NCBI GenBank assembly: GCA_013239625.1
Contig: MU056050.1
Coordinates: 4,401,115-4,465,114 of the forward strand
Length of the DNA stretch: 64,000 bases
Source of the DNA: Lama guanicoe
Lineage: Eukaryota
Reading direction: 5' to 3'
This document shows, piece by piece, positions 45,561 through 60,367 of this stretch. A program made the translations under genes and the position numbers. Position 1 is the first letter of the stretch; each line of letters begins with the position of its first letter. The notes under the pieces are model-generated. The model had not been told where the DNA came from. It worked only from the letters and a program-made list of their open reading frames with translations, and searched no databases.

Positions 45561-48548
45561 AATATAAAAATTTAAAACTACAAAAGAAGAAGTAAATAAT
45601 ATATCAATCACCCCGAACTTGTAGAAAATATTTGCATATGCTTCCACAATGGTGTTTGCACTTATGACATATCAAGAATGTATTCAAATTTATAGGCACA
45701 ACATCAAGTTCTCAATAGAAAAAGAGACCAAAGACATTTGAACAGATATTTCCCATAATGGAAAATTGATGATTGAACATGTTAGAAAATGTGAGTCTTC
45801 ACTAAGTGTAATCAAACTGGAGTCATCTTGGTATTTTATGAAAGCACACACATATTTATAATGATAATAAATGGTATTGGCAAGGTGTTCATGTATTTCA
45901 CCTGGAGTGGCATTACAAATTGGAATAAGCCTTTTAGAAAGAAATACGGTGATGTGAGCTATGCACCACAAAATATACATACCCTTTGATTTAGTAACTT
46001 CACCGCTACATATTCTCTTCAGAAAAACAGTAGGGAAAAAAATGTGTGCATTAAAACATCCACTGAAATGTTTACCTGTAGAAGAAAATATCAGACATAA
46101 TTAATTGTTTACCTTTAGTGAAATGATTTAATAAATTTTGGTATATCAGCATGTCAAAAGAGAAAGTGTATTAAAATACTAATCATCGAGACTGTGAAAG
46201 TCTGCAAATAATTACGATGTAACACTAAGGGAAAATACTAGCACAGAAACTGATATGTAAACTATGAGTAAAACTATGTAAAAATTTCTCAGTGCGAAAG
46301 GCAACCTGCAGGAGCAAAAACAGTGGCTGTATTAGAGTGTTAGGATTATGTGTTCTTCGTTATCGTTCTTCTGTTTATCTTGAATGCTAAATTCTGTAGG
46401 ACTAAAGTGTTATATTCGTTTAATTATTCCTACTTCAGGTCAGAGATTAAATTTGCAGTTACAGGTGGAGGGTGCCCAACTAAAGTTACCATTAAGGGCC
46501 TGGTATAAGGGACTGAGAAAAGTTGAGACTTCAGGCAAGGAATTGCTGCAGGAAGGTTTGAAGAGCTTAACTGCTAATGAGAAGGAGAACCCCTGAAGTC
46601 AAACTTTGACTCTGGTGTCAGTTTTTTCAAAGATTGCCCTTGGCTTGTTCTCAGAAAAGAACTCTGAATGAGTGGAGAAACTATTAAGAATGTAACTGGT
46701 GTTTATTGGGCCTAGAAAATCAAGTTGGAAAAATAAAAGGCAGGAGGTTAGTTATATCTTCTTATCCTAGATCTAGGTATATATGGATTAATCCTTTAAA
46801 ATGTCAGGATCTGAGTGAAAAAGGCTGCCAAAGCCCTGGTGGCTAATGTTTATTGCTTAGTGTGATTTCTTGTCTCCCTTTGTTTGGTTTGACTTGAGTT
46901 TCACTCTTAAATTCTTTTTGGTAGCCAGTCCACATTTTAAATGAAGTTCGAATGTATTGGTGCATGAACATTTCTCTGCAACCTAATGAAAACAGGTTAC
47001 CAAAGTGCCTTGTTGTAGCATTGAAATTTATCTCGGGTAATAAGCGGCACAGAAATGAACCAGTATTTCAGCCCCTGAGGCAAAGCAGGGAACCTGAGCG
47101 TCAGAAAAGCCTATTAGGAAATGCATGCTATAGAATCATAACTTCAGCAATGCTTTGAAATTGTCAAGTTGTATCAAGAAGGCATGTGCTGATCAGAGGT
47201 AGCATTGGCAGGCCTGGAATATTAGCTGTGGCAATCAAGTGCTTGTTCATATAGCCTAATCAATCAGGCAGATTTTTTAATTAATCCTAGTTGTTTTATT
47301 ATGGTTCTTAGCAAGCAACAACACAGCAGCCAGGAATCCCCAGTCTAATTGATTTAATCAGTTCCTTAATCTTTCTTGAGATTTTTAGAGTAAACTAACA
47401 TTCAAGTCACTTAAATAAGTAGAAAAAACTGTTACTTACTCAGTACACTTTGTTAACATTTTGATGACAGAAGTGAAAATTCTCAACTACCACTTGGTAA
47501 ATCAGTGGGTTATTTCTTTAAATGCCAAGATCTTTCTTTGCATTTAAGTGTTCAATAGCATTTATCAATGGTGTGGCAGAGAGTTTAGGGGTGAAGAAGA
47601 GGAAGAGAAGGCTGATACAAAAACCTAAAACTTTAGGAACTCCACCAACCTCTGGATTATAAAATTTGAGAAAAAATGTTTTTTTCAACCATAATAAAAT
47701 TATTTTAAGAATAGTAAACTTTCAAAAATGGACTTTCTCTCCATTATTTTGGAAAATTTCTTTTGAAATAAAGCAAGCATTACTTAATCATTAGATTATT
47801 AGTGGATTTAGTACCTTCATCAGTACATTCAGAAAATGTATTGTGATTAAACAAACATGACTTCGAGGGTAATATTCTGCAGGAGAAGCCAACTCATGAA
47901 TTTTTCTGAACTCAATTTTACAAACTCAAAATTCTATATATTGTATAAACCAATCACTGACAAAATTACAACAAACTTGTAGATACTAAGATGGACAATG
48001 CATTTGTCAAATTCTTTTCTCAGATACATTTTATTGAGAAGATCATTTCCCCATGGGCCAATTTTGTTGGATATGGCTGTTTGAATCCAAGAGAAAAAGT
48101 ATTGGCCAAGTTATTTACAAGTATCTTCAAGTTAGCTCAAAGCTTTGAAGAAAGATACAAGGTAAAATAAATAAAATAGTACATACAAATAAGAATATAC
48201 TTGTTATAATACTTGGAAATGTGGTATTTAGTATTTGACAAACATTTTGAATAAGAATCTTATTAGAACCGTTAGAGTAATGAAAGTTTTTCTAGCTCCT
48301 CTCAGTCCATATGTTCTCATAAGAGAAGTTATTCCTTCAGCAATTGTTATAGAGTCCTCTCATAAAATATTATCATTTCATAAATTACTATGCTAACTTA
48401 GAGCAATAAATCCTACCTTAATTAATATGGCTTCCCCAAACTGTTAAATATTTTTCCAGTGTATATTAGTATATATAATATACTACAAACTAAACGATGA
48501 TAAGGGAAAAAAAAAACTCTTTCACAGTCTTTATAAAATCAAGTATAT

Positions 48549-48925
48549 ACTCAGCCATAAAAAAGATGAAATGTTGCCATTTGTGACAACATGGATGGAA
48601 CTTGAGGGCATTATGCTAAGTGAAATAAGTCAGACAAAGAAAGATAAATACCATATGATTTCACTCATATGTAAAAACAAACAAACAAATAAATAAACCA
48701 AAGCAAACAAAAACAAATACACAGATACAGAGAGCAGTAGTGGTTACCAGGCTGGGAAAGGGAGTGGGGAGGGCAAAATGGGTAAGGGAGTGTCAACAGA
48801 ATGTGGCAGATAGAAACTAAAGTTTTGGTGGTGAGCACACTGTAGAGCATACAGACATCAAGATATAATACTGTATACATGAAACTTATATAATGTTATA
48901 AAACCAATAAAAAATAAAAACAATC
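48549..48925 (+). mobile_element. L1 3' end
   Basis: actcagccataaaaaagatgaaatgttgccatttgtgacaacatggatgg...taatgttataaaccaat. Approximate TSD aaaatc(t)aagtata. Confidence 0.85.
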
Positions 48926-51900
48926 AAAAAATCTAAGTATAATATTAGTTGTTTCAAATCTATTTCTAGTTTTAAAAAGTAGGAATTATGGTATGTTTTC
49001 AAATCTAATGCAAAGTTGTTTATTGAATTTAAGTCTAGGAACGAGGGAAATCAAAAGAAATTAGCAAAATAATAATAATGAGAACAGTCATTATTTCCAA
49101 ATATTCACCCTGGCTTCATAAGCATTATATTGCGTATTTTACATATGTCATCTCAAAATAATCCAGTGGGGTAGGTGTATTGCCCACATTTACAGATGAC
49201 CAAACTCATTTAGCAAATCCTCACTGCTTGCATTTTAGATTATTCCCATATTCCACCCCAGTCATTTCCACAAACACTACTTACACAGTCAAGTAAAAAA
49301 GTTAAGGCACATATATATGTTAAATAACATCTTAACCAAAGTTACTTATGGATTGTAAAAAGGTAAGAAGATATCTTTTAGGAACAAAAGTTTTACTTTT
49401 TACAAATCAGACAATTTATTTTGATTTATAATTTTTAAAAACTGTTAAGACACAGTTATATACAATTCTTCCTTTGGAGTTAGGAACAAACCATCGCCCT
49501 GTACTCTTCAGAAGTTCTTATCTCCCAGATTAAGGGAACCATTTCAGTTCTGCAGCCAAAAAAAAAAAAAAAAAAAAACTTATGTAATAATGTTGCTATG
49601 ATCACCTTTAAAGCTGAGTCATTGTTTGAGTACAACCATTAGCTATAGTGCTTTGATAATATAAAGATTATAAAGACAAACTTTTACAAAGCTGGACTTC
49701 AAGTTTTTTAATGTAATCTTTGCACATTTTTTGCAACATTGAATTTCTAGTTGTCCTATTTTAGTTGTGCATATCAGCATTCAAAACTTTCAGTGCTAGA
49801 GTTTATCATCATCTCAGCACGCAAAGTAAAATTCAGAAAAGAAGAAAATCTTAACAGACCAGTGATCATTCAGATTCCAAAATATATGACGTTATCCATT
49901 TATCCAGCCTCAAAAAAAGTATGGCTTTCATTATTAGGTTACAATGGATCAAGATTTGTGTTCACACTAATGTTGCCCTCATTTCCATTTATATTAAACT
50001 GGTATTTGTTTTTTAAAGGAGGCACATGAATGAACAGAGCCTTTCCCAATCTCTGTTTGTTCAGCTTGTAACATGCACAATAGCAAATTCAATCTTGTTA
50101 AGAGGCTTATTTCTCCTTTGTAGAACTTACTTGAATTGCAAGAAAGTTTGAATTTGCATGGGTTATGTGTTTCTGTGGAAGAATGAATTGAAGTACTTTA
50201 AGGACCTTATTTTTCTTTCTCAATAATAAATTGCTTATGACCGCTTAATTTCAAACATCTTTTGTCCATTCTGTTTGTTGCTCAGCTGGGGGAAAAACTC
50301 TTCATTTCAATAATAGGAAAGTCAAATTCATTTGAAAATATAACATCTGAAATGTCAATGAAATCACACCTCTCAAAACTCACAAGGACAATTTCTCACT
50401 CAGGTAAGTTCCTTAAAGCAAACAATTTATCTTTGATGAAGCATAATTATTTTAAGTCAGGTAACAAGGCACTGGACACATAGTCATAATGTTCCCTGTG
50501 TTAGCAAGCTGTGTTTTGAAACACATAAAAGGTTATTTTACCAAGGATCTTTTCCATTAGAATTTTATTACAATCAAAGAAAAGGAAGCTAGCTGTCATC
50601 AGCCACAAGAAAAGAATTCTGATTAAATTTTGGTCTTATTGCAAATGCGTAGGTCACTTGGTTAACCTACAGTCAAATGCGGACAACAATTGAATGACTA
50701 TCTTTACCACACTGCATTAGATTATGTGGTCGATAAGATACAGTAGTTGTCATTGGGCACATATATGACAAACCTATGAAACACAATCACACACACACAA
50801 CAATAGATTGGGGGAATATATCTCAGCACAAAAATAGTACTAGAAAGGTGCCAAAGGATAATTCAACCCTGGCACTAGCACTTATCAACTGCGACTTTGG
50901 CAAATCACTTAACCTTTCTGCTGAGCTTTCTGTTTCTGCCTTTACAAAAAAATGAGAAAATAATCAGAAATAATCTTTTCCATATTAAGGAGACTAAAGA
51001 CATATGCAACTAAATGGAATCTGTAATCTTTGAATGGGACCTGGACATTAGAAGGACAATGGCAATGACTGAACAAGGTGAGTGTTAATTTACAGATTTT
51101 CATAACTGTACTGTGGTTATAGAAGACAAAGCACTCTCTCTTGCTTTTTTTTTTTTTTTGAGAGAAGGAGGGAGTTACCACCGAAATAGTTAAAGGTAAA
51201 GGGGCATAATACATTCAATTTACACTGAAATGTTGCAGAGAGAAAGGGAGGGGAAAGAACCAATGACTAAGCAAGTATATAAAGCATTAGCATTGGGCAA
51301 TCTAGCTGAAAGTCATAATGCAATATTTTGTACTGTTTAATTATTTTGATTTCTAATTTTTTAAGGTGGAACCTGAAGTTGTTGATTTGAAACCTTTGTC
51401 TCTAACATAAATATTCAGTGCTACACATTTCCCTTTAAGTGCTCCTTTAGTTGAATCCTACAGAATTACATATGTTGTGTTCTCATTTTCATTCAGATAA
51501 AAATGATTTCTAGCTATTTTATTATTTCTTCTTTGGCCCATGGGTTATTTAGAAGTATGTTATTTAATCTCCAAGCAACTGAAAATCTCCTGAACAAAAT
51601 AGCATTATTAGTAACTCTGCCAAACATTTAAGGAAGAAATAATGCCACTTTTGCACATATTCTTCTAAAAGATTGAAGAAGAAACATTTCCGAATTCATT
51701 CTATGAAGTCAGTATTACCTTAACACCAAAACTAAACACATTATAAGGAAGAAAACTACAGACCAACATTTTTCATGAACATAGACACTAAACCTGTAAC
51801 AAAATTTTTGCAAATTACATTCAGAAAGGTTATAATGAGGATAAAAACTCATTGTAGGGTTGTATTGAGTATAATAGTCTTTAAAAGACAGAAATTAGTA

Positions 51901-52529
51901 TGAATGTTCTTTGCAAAGTACAAAGTACCACACACCTGTAAGGTATTTTTGCAGAAAGAGTGTTGGCCTCGTGAAGTGTTTACTAAACTATGCCCTGGGA
52001 AACACTCTTTCGGATATGTTAATAGGTGTGTCATAGGGGAAAAAAAGTTTCTAGAGTTGGATAAACATGATAAATGCTGTATAATACATTCTTCCTCTTG
52101 CAGATTTACAAAGCCTATTCATACAGTAAGTCTCTGAGCAGCCCTACAAGAAAGAAAACACTTAAATGGCACTTCACCCAGCCGTCTCATCCCTGTTGAT
52201 ATTCAACAAACTATAAGAGAAAATCCTATTGCCTGGGAAAAGGCACTGGATTTATAATACAGACAGCTTGTGTTCTAGCTCTGTGGTCTTGAGCATGACA
52301 CACAACGTGTTTGAGGATTAGTCTCAGTATGAAAGAAAGCACTAATGATACCTGCTGTAGTAAAAGACTACTAGGTAGTTTTACTACTATAAGGCAGAAA
52401 TAAAGAAAAATGTACAATTACTTTATAAGTTATAAATCAGTATAAAAAGAGAGTGATGTTTATCATAGTGGAGAGATATATATATAGGATAATATTTATA
52501 CATATAATATATATAATGTATATAATTTT

Positions 52530-52890
52530 TTCTTAGTCTGCTTGGGCTGCTATAACAAACTACCATAGATTGGGTAACTAAGCACCAAACATTTATTTCT
52601 CACAGTTCTGGAGGCTGGGAAGTCCAAGATCAAGGAGGAAGCAGACTCCGTGTTTGGTGAGTGCCTGCTTCCTGATTCATAGACAGCGTATTCTCCTTGG
52701 GTCATGACAGGGCAGAAAGAGTGTGGGAGCTCTCTGGAGTCTCTTCTATAAGGGCACTAATCCCACTTATGAGGGTTCTAACCTTATGATTTAATCACCT
52801 CCCAAGGGTTCCGCCTCCTAATAAGGAATTCAAAGGCGTAGGATTTCAACATATTTATTTTGGGAGGAAACAAACATTTGTCTGTAACTG
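52530..52890 (-). mobile_element. MaLR LTR (MLT1A-like)
   Basis: tcttagtctgcttgggctgctataacaaactaccatagattgggt...tctcacagttctggaggctgggaagtccaagatcaagg. Confidence 0.8.
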
Positions 52891-54540
52891 AAAGATAATG
52901 CCATATTAGAAAAAACAGCTTGTTTATTTGGATATCAATTTACCTATGTTTTATTCTAAATTGTTTTACCTCTTGATGGTGAGAAATGTGGGCAGTCAAG
53001 GAATTTCACGAACTGAATATCAAAACAATACATATAATTTAGAAACAAAAGCAAGAAAACTAGAACAGCATACTTTAGTACAAAATCATCCCAAGAAAAG
53101 AATAAGAAAGAGTAAATTAAGTAGAGGAGAGAAGTGGGGATGGGCAGATGAAAAGAAGGAAGGAAGAAAATGAGGAAGGAGAGTAAAATATCATTAGGCT
53201 TAGTTTCTAGGCAATTATAGATCTAGAATACTTAATATAACAAAGTAGTATTAAAAAACAAGAACTGGAAACATTTACCTTCTCCTCAACTTGATTTTTA
53301 TAAGCAATGAGGAAAATATCCCTAGAAAACCACCTGCATAACAAAGTTATAAAATGAGATTCTGTCATCATGAAATGCCACCCTATAATTCCTTGTGCTT
53401 GTGAGTTAAGATAATTATGAATTCCCTAACTTACTTCCTGTATCAGTAACTTACCCAAATGGAAGAATAGGTTGAGCATAGTAACAGTAATGTAAATAAA
53501 CTACTTACTACAAATTAGAAATCCTTCTCCCCTTTTTCTCTATATATTTTAATAACACAGTCATGATTGTCTTTCCCTTCCTGAAGAAGATACCTATTTC
53601 TTTAGTGCAAAACCAGAAAAGTGAGAGTAAAAGGTCATATTTTAAATTGAAACTGATATTTCTTCAAAAAAAATAATGACTAGATGTATTTACTCTAAAG
53701 AAACTAGAGATGGCTAATGTCTAAATCTCAGTAACGATGTAGGGGCTTAAGCAAAGATAGCTGTTGTCAAAACTGAAATTCTAGCTTGTTAATTCAGTAG
53801 GACCTGTGAGAACATTTTAAATTTTTAAGCTCAAACAGATTTACTAAATCTCCAGGGTCACTGAGAGAGAAATTGTCTTTCTTTCTAAACTTAGGATTCT
53901 TATATCCACTCATACAGAAAGAAATATCTAACTAAGCTTCCATTTGAGTTATTATAGTAAGTTGTAACATTTTTCCAACCACCACACAAAAGTCATCAAA
54001 ATTGGCAGAGTAGCAAAACTTTTAGCTATAACTAAATGAAGACTCTTTCATACAAAAAGTATTTGCATTCTCAATGCACACAATTTATAAACATGCGCAT
54101 TAGGTAAGGGTTCTTATTTCCTTACTTTCACACGTAATCATATCATAAAGCAGCTGCCTTATGTCAGACAGATTAAAGAAGCTCAATATATTTCAAAGTG
54201 TAAGCTGCTTGAGGACAGAATTTGTATTTTTCAGTAGTGCTACTTATCCCTTAGTCTCAAATCTAGGATGGCAGAGACAGTCTGGAACAATTCAGAAAAT
54301 ATATATATTGAATAAATTATTTCATTTGCTTTTAGTCTCCAAGTGTGGCTTATAGAAGTAAAGAAAATAAGACTAATGACATCAAGTATACAGAAGACTA
54401 TTTGTAAAGATTACACATAAAAAGCTGAAAATAAAATTAGAAAATAATATTTTTTGAAAATTGAAAATCCAAATAAAGCAGAAAAAATATTTATATTAGA
54501 TGAAGAAGAATTTAAAGCATCAAATGGGAAAAACAGGTTA

Positions 54541-54850
54541 TTTATTTATTGAAGTATAGTTTATTTACAATGTGTTAATTTCTGGTATACAGCATAGTGA
54601 TTCATTTATGCATATACATATATATATATGTATATATACATATATTCCTTTTCATATTCTTTTTCATTACAGGCCATTACAAAATACTGAATATAGTCCC
54701 TTGTGCTATATAGTAGGACCTTGTTGTTTATCTACTTTATACATATAGTAATTAGTATCTGCAAATCCCAGACTCCCAATTTATTCCTCTACATGTCTCT
54801 CTTTGCCTCCCTGGTAACCATAAATTTGTTTTTTATGTCTGTGATTTTCT
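54541..54850 (-). mobile_element. Cetartiodactyl-type L1 3' end, antisense
   Basis: tttattgaagtatagtttatttacaatgtgttaatttctggtatacagcatagtgattca. Approximate TSD aaaacaggttattt / aaaacagttcattt. Confidence 0.85.
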
Positions 54851-55609
54851 TCAAAACAGTTCATTTTATACAGATTAAGCATGCATAGAATAATGAAGAT
54901 ATGAGACATGAACGGATAATACTAACTCATTCTTTATTATTTGCCAAGTGTTGTGGTAAGTCCTTAGGGAATATTCCATTTAATCTTCATAAACATTCTA
55001 TAAAACAGGCAACATATTAGATATTGGGCAACTGAGGCAAAGCTAAGTTAAATAACTTCCCTAAAGTAAAATAAAACCAAAAACAAACAAAAGAAAACAA
55101 AGCCCCACAAAATACAAGCATCTGACTCCAGAGATATACTGTCATCTTAGGCCACTAAATTTGAAAATCTCATTTAAAGAAATGCTTCTTTTTGGAAAAT
55201 ATAAATGATCAAAATGCTTTCCCTTACAAATCTAAGGATGACTTAATATTAAGAAATCTCTTAATGTGCTATGTTAGTAGGTCACATTTGGATATGCTAA
55301 TATTAGCAGACACTTAACAAGTATTTGCTAAATTTCATCCCATACACTATACTAAAGAAAGAATACTTACAATATACTGTAACAGATAGTAGCTCTTAAA
55401 TCAATGGACAATGCCACGCTTTCTATGAAACAATAAAGGTAATCTCATTAAATTAGGAATAAGAAAAGTTAGTTAATATTGGCTAGGAAATTCTGTCCAA
55501 TATGATAAGATGTGAACTAAATAAATAAAAGATAAAACTATTGGAAAGATAAAGTTAAAAGATTTGCAGATAGATTATCTACCCAGAAGCTCTCTGAGAA
55601 CAGAAGTAA

Positions 55610-55830
55610 CAATCACTAATACATACAAAGCGTTCTAAAAATTTTACATACATTAAATCATTTAACCTCTTAACAAAACTATGAAGTAGATACTATTATT
55701 ATCATCCTCATTTTACAAATAAGGAAACCAAGGCACTGTTAGGTGACTAGTTCAGTGTCACACAGCTAGTTGCTAATAGAACTGGGATTTGAATCTGGAA
55801 AGCATATTCAGTATTCTGAACCCCCTACAC
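55610..55830. mobile_element. MIR SINE
   Basis: Core tactattattatcatcctcattttacaaataaggaaaccaaggcac. Similar MIR remnants at about 13770-13950, 28050-28250 and 57250-57520. Confidence 0.7.
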
Positions 55831-58745
55831 TGTACAACCTCTACTAATATAATGAAAGAGTTCCGTGATGGGTCTTCATGTAATAAAAAAAATTATCAAT
55901 ACTTTCCTGATATTGCAGCAATTGCCAGTTAGGAGATGGAATTGAAAATGATGATTCTACATTAGAAGAAAAGTTATAAAATATCTAGGAAAGTATATTT
56001 AACAAGAAATGAAGAGGACCCACGTGAAGACAAATGTAAATAAACAAATCCACCAAGTTTTGTATGGGAAGACCCATATATACATATGTCAAAATGACTA
56101 TTTTTCCACAATTAAAGTTTGAATCAATTCTAATCAGAATCCCCAACCATTTATAGGTTTTTAGAAAATTATTTTAAACCCCTGTAAGTGACCCTCAAGT
56201 TCAACTGAAGGAATAAATACATAAGATTTACCAATTTATAAATGAAGGTTACCAGTGAAGGATTATCACATATTTTTAAATGTCATAAATCCTAAAAAAA
56301 AATCAGTATAAAGGGAAGGAATATATGTGTGTATGTATGTATATCTTAGATTAAAATATAGGCCTTTAGTGTATCACAGAAGTTATACCACAAAACAGCA
56401 ATAAAAGAAAGAATTATTCAGTATGAAATGATAAAATATTGGGGCATCTAATTGATTATTTGAATAAGAGTGTAAAAAAAATTATACTTATTTACTTAGG
56501 GTTTTATTATCTTCCACAACATTTACAAACTAGAAGCTGTAAAATATCAAAAGCATACGGAAAGTTGACAACACAGACCACAGTTAGCTTCCCAGTCTTA
56601 CTTTAATGAGGGTAATCTTTAAACATCACAACATATACTCTACCAAGCACCAAATTAATCATCAAAGTCTATTATTCACTTCACACCTTCCTAAGCTTTA
56701 GAAATAATTGACTTTAACTGTGAAAATACCACTTCTTAAAAAATCATCACAACTAAATGTAAAAAAAGAGAATGAATTAAGTGTGTGAATGAGTCCAGCT
56801 GTGAATTAGTGTTCACCAGACACTGGAAGGCTTTCAGGGGAAAGATGTATATCATAGGGCTTTGATGGCTCTTTCCCATGTGTCTGTCTTAAATATTGGT
56901 TTTATTGTAGGGTATTGGATGTGGAGTTATATAAAAATGAATGTCACTGGAATGTGATAATATGACTTTAAGAAATTTGATTCTGAATCCTCCCATTCAT
57001 TAATTTTTGCATACCCTGTTTGTTGACATATCAGTGAAACTTCAAATGATTCAGCAGTTAAACTGACATTACATAATAGATACTTGAAAATGATTTCTGG
57101 AGCTTTTCCAATTCTGAGGAAAAGCTGATTCAAGGAATAGGTCTATCACTGTCTAGTCAAAATTTGACCCTTTATAATGAGACCTGTAGGTCCGAGGATG
57201 CACTTTTGGTGAATGGCTAAGGTGGATTTGTTCTCTAGAGAAAGTAATGACAGCTAACTGGAGTATGGTGCTTACTCTGTGCTAAGTTACTTTAGTGTTG
57301 TAGGTTCTACACTCATGTTAACTCATCTCACTCTGTCAACAACCCTAGGGAGAATTTAATATATTATTCCCCCATTTTATTGGTAAGGAAATTGAAGGGC
57401 AGAGAAGTTAAGTCACTTGTCTAAGGTCCTATCACTAGTAAATGGGAGAGACAGTATTATGAATTCTATAGACTGGCTCCAGAATCCACATGCTTGGCTA
57501 CTCTAATCCGCTACCTCTTGTTAGAATGAAAAGCTTCTAAGCATTTGACTGAAACATGTTGGTCTCTTCTTCCCTCTGCCCCTTCCTCCTTCTGCCCTCT
57601 GAGCTGATTCACTGAGTGACCCTGCTTTTCCCTCCTCCGTCCGACATTGTAGGCTCCCCTTATCACAGGTGGTCATGAAACTAGAAACACATTAATGTGT
57701 AACTCCGTGAATAAACCAGGTTTACATAAAGCGATGACTTTGTAAGAGTCTAACACATATGCTGTGACTTCCTGTTTTTAATGCCTTGAATAGTCATTGG
57801 TGCTCAACAATATTTTTAGCTTGCATTTCAAATTGTTATTCCTTATCCGCTTGTAAACAACTTTATTGAGATATAATTTACATCTCATGAAATTTACCCA
57901 TCATAAGGCTGTGATTCAATTATATTTAATTTATAAAATTTCAGTTATGCAATTAAATCTGAGATGTGGATGAAAAGGGCATGGTGACAAATCTGGTTTC
58001 TAGAAATGAAGTACAAGATGGTGAATTTATCTTTGACAGAAAGCAAGGCAAGGGCCTGGTTATCAAAACCAGGCTTGAATTAGCATAGGATCATTTGATG
58101 CTGATTCATACTGAAATAGAGCTCCCTAATTCTCTTGCTTAAATTCAGGATTAGTTCCACATTTGTGAACTTTCAACCAAGGACCGAGAGCTATATAGAT
58201 GGCTGTTGACACAGGGAACCTGGCAGAGCCTGACAGATTTAAGTTCTCTAGGGTGAAGCTCTGTTTTGATCTGTGCTCACCAGAAAACAGATCTGATGCC
58301 GAAAGCTTCCATGCAATTGTTTTATAAGAGAATTCAATTTCAGGGATCAGGAGTGAGGGACAAGGAGAGAAAATCAGGGAAAGAGGGGAAGCTAAGATGA
58401 GGAGGTATTACTGAGCTGACCACTGCTAAAGGAGATTGTCCGATTCTTAGAACTGGTGGTCTGTGCCACTCTACCTTACACAGGCCTTGTGTAGACTATC
58501 CCTGGAGGGGAAGGGCATGGGGAGAAAGCAGAAGGAATCATTTGTTCACTTGTTCCTCCCATCGGTCAAAGGTTTACTCATGGGGCTTTAGTTCCTCAGT
58601 ATTTCTAAGTTGGCCTTATATGGGCAAGGGCAGTGATCCCATGACAGTGTTAACAGGAAACCCTGGGGCCAGATGCAAAAAGTGTGCTGTGAGGGCAGGA
58701 TGCCAGAGACACTAAGGTTGTACCTGTCAAAAGTTGGTCGGAGCC

Positions 58746-58875
58746 AAGGTGACCATATAACTTATAGTTCATATTGGAACACTTGCAGGAGTGAAAGGGG
58801 GTGGTGTTAATAATTAAAATGAGACAACAGATTTACAAACTCCCCAGTGAAACCAAACTGATGTATGATCATTTA
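58746..58875. mobile_element. MER94-like hAT-Blackjack MITE nested in an old LTR-like stretch (about 58230-58930)
   Basis: aggtgaccatataacttatag...gagtgaaagggggtggtgttaataatta...gtatgatcattt. Confidence 0.65.
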
Positions 58876-59170
58876 ATCAGACCCAGGCACAGGTGAGGTG
58901 AGGAGGGGATCATAGGTGATTTATAAGAAGTGTTTGAGAAGTTTCTTTCATTAATAAATATGAAAAATTTTATGTAATGAAGAAGATGCCTTTTTTTGTT
59001 TTTCTTTAAGCAGCGTTTTTGGTTTTTCTCCAGAGTCTTCAGCAGAAGCCAACTATGTGGAACAAATTAAATCAGAGCTGCTGTTGTTGAAGTCGGAAAG
59101 TAGCACTCAAAGATCTACCTTTTTGTGTCCTTTTGACAATCTATCCCCTATTTTGGAGAAACCTTTAGAG

Positions 59171-59476
59171 CAGTGCTGCCCTGTGGAAATGTAATGTGAG
59201 CTACAAGTGTGAGAAATGTTAAGTGACTTTAAATTTCCTAGTAGCCATGTTAAAAATGTAAGAAGAAAATGGAGCAGTTAATTTTAGTGCTATATTTAAT
59301 TAACGCAATATATAAAAGATACTAGCATCATTATATGAAAATTATTAATATTTACCTTTTGAACTAAATCTTCAAACTATAATGTGTGTTTTGCAATGAA
59401 TTGAAATTTGGACTAGCCACGTTTCAAGTGCTCAATAGCCACATGTGGCCAGTGGTGGCCTTATTAAACAGCAGCA
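59171..59476. mobile_element. MER33/MER3-like hAT-Charlie MITE
   Basis: ctttaaatttcctagtagccatgttaaaaatgtaaga...gactagccacgtttcaagtgctcaatagccacatgtggc. Confidence 0.75.
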
Positions 59477-59876
59477 CGACTACTCGTGAGAGCACAGTTT
59501 GAAACCTTTTGCAATAAAGGGATGCTTTATCGAGGACTGCTCATTTCTTTCCAATGTACTACTATCCATAGAGAAAGAAGTTTTCAAGTTTTGCTTATTA
59601 ATTCCAAATAGATATGGAGAAAGGATACAGGAAAGAAAAAGTTAATTTTTTTACTATGAATTTTCATATTTGGGAAGAATTGACTACCTTGACCTCTTTA
59701 CCCAATGAGATTTCCAAGGGAACATAAAGACATATTTGTTTAATAAAATCAAATAAGCTTTAATTTTAATACCATTTAAATAATATGATTATGACCTCAA
59801 TCTGATTGAGTTAAATCCTTTTTGGTATGATAGTTCTAGCTCTTAATGTTTCAATGCATATTAGGATGTACTTTTT

Positions 59877-60314
59877 TTTAATTGAGGTATAGTCAGTTTA
59901 CAATGTTGTGTCAATTTCTGGTGTACAGCACAGTGCTTCAGTCATACATAAATATACATATATTCATTTTCATATTCTTTTCACTGTAAGCTAATAAGAT
60001 ATTGAATATAGGTCCCTGTGCTATACAGTATAAACTTGTTTATCTATTTTATATATATTGGTCAGTATCTACAAATCTCGAACTCCCAGTTTATCCCTTC
60101 CCGCCTCCTTTCCCCTTGGCAACTATAAGTTTGTTTTCTATGTCTGTGAGTTTGTTTCTGTTTTGTAAATAAGTTCTTTTTTTTTTTTTTTTAGATTCCA
60201 CATATAAGTGGTATCATACGGTATTTTTCTTTCTATTTCTGGCTTACTTACCTAGAATGACATTCCCCAGGGCCATCCATGTTGCTGCAAATGGCATTAT
60301 TTTATCGTTTTTTA
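59877..60314 (-). mobile_element. L1 3' end, antisense, with a 14-bp TSD
   Basis: TSD aggatgtacttttt at 59863-59876 and 60315-60328. Confidence 0.9.
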
Positions 60315-60367
60315 AGGATGTACTTTTTAATGATTGTTTAAAAAAATTCATAAGAAATCCACATTTT

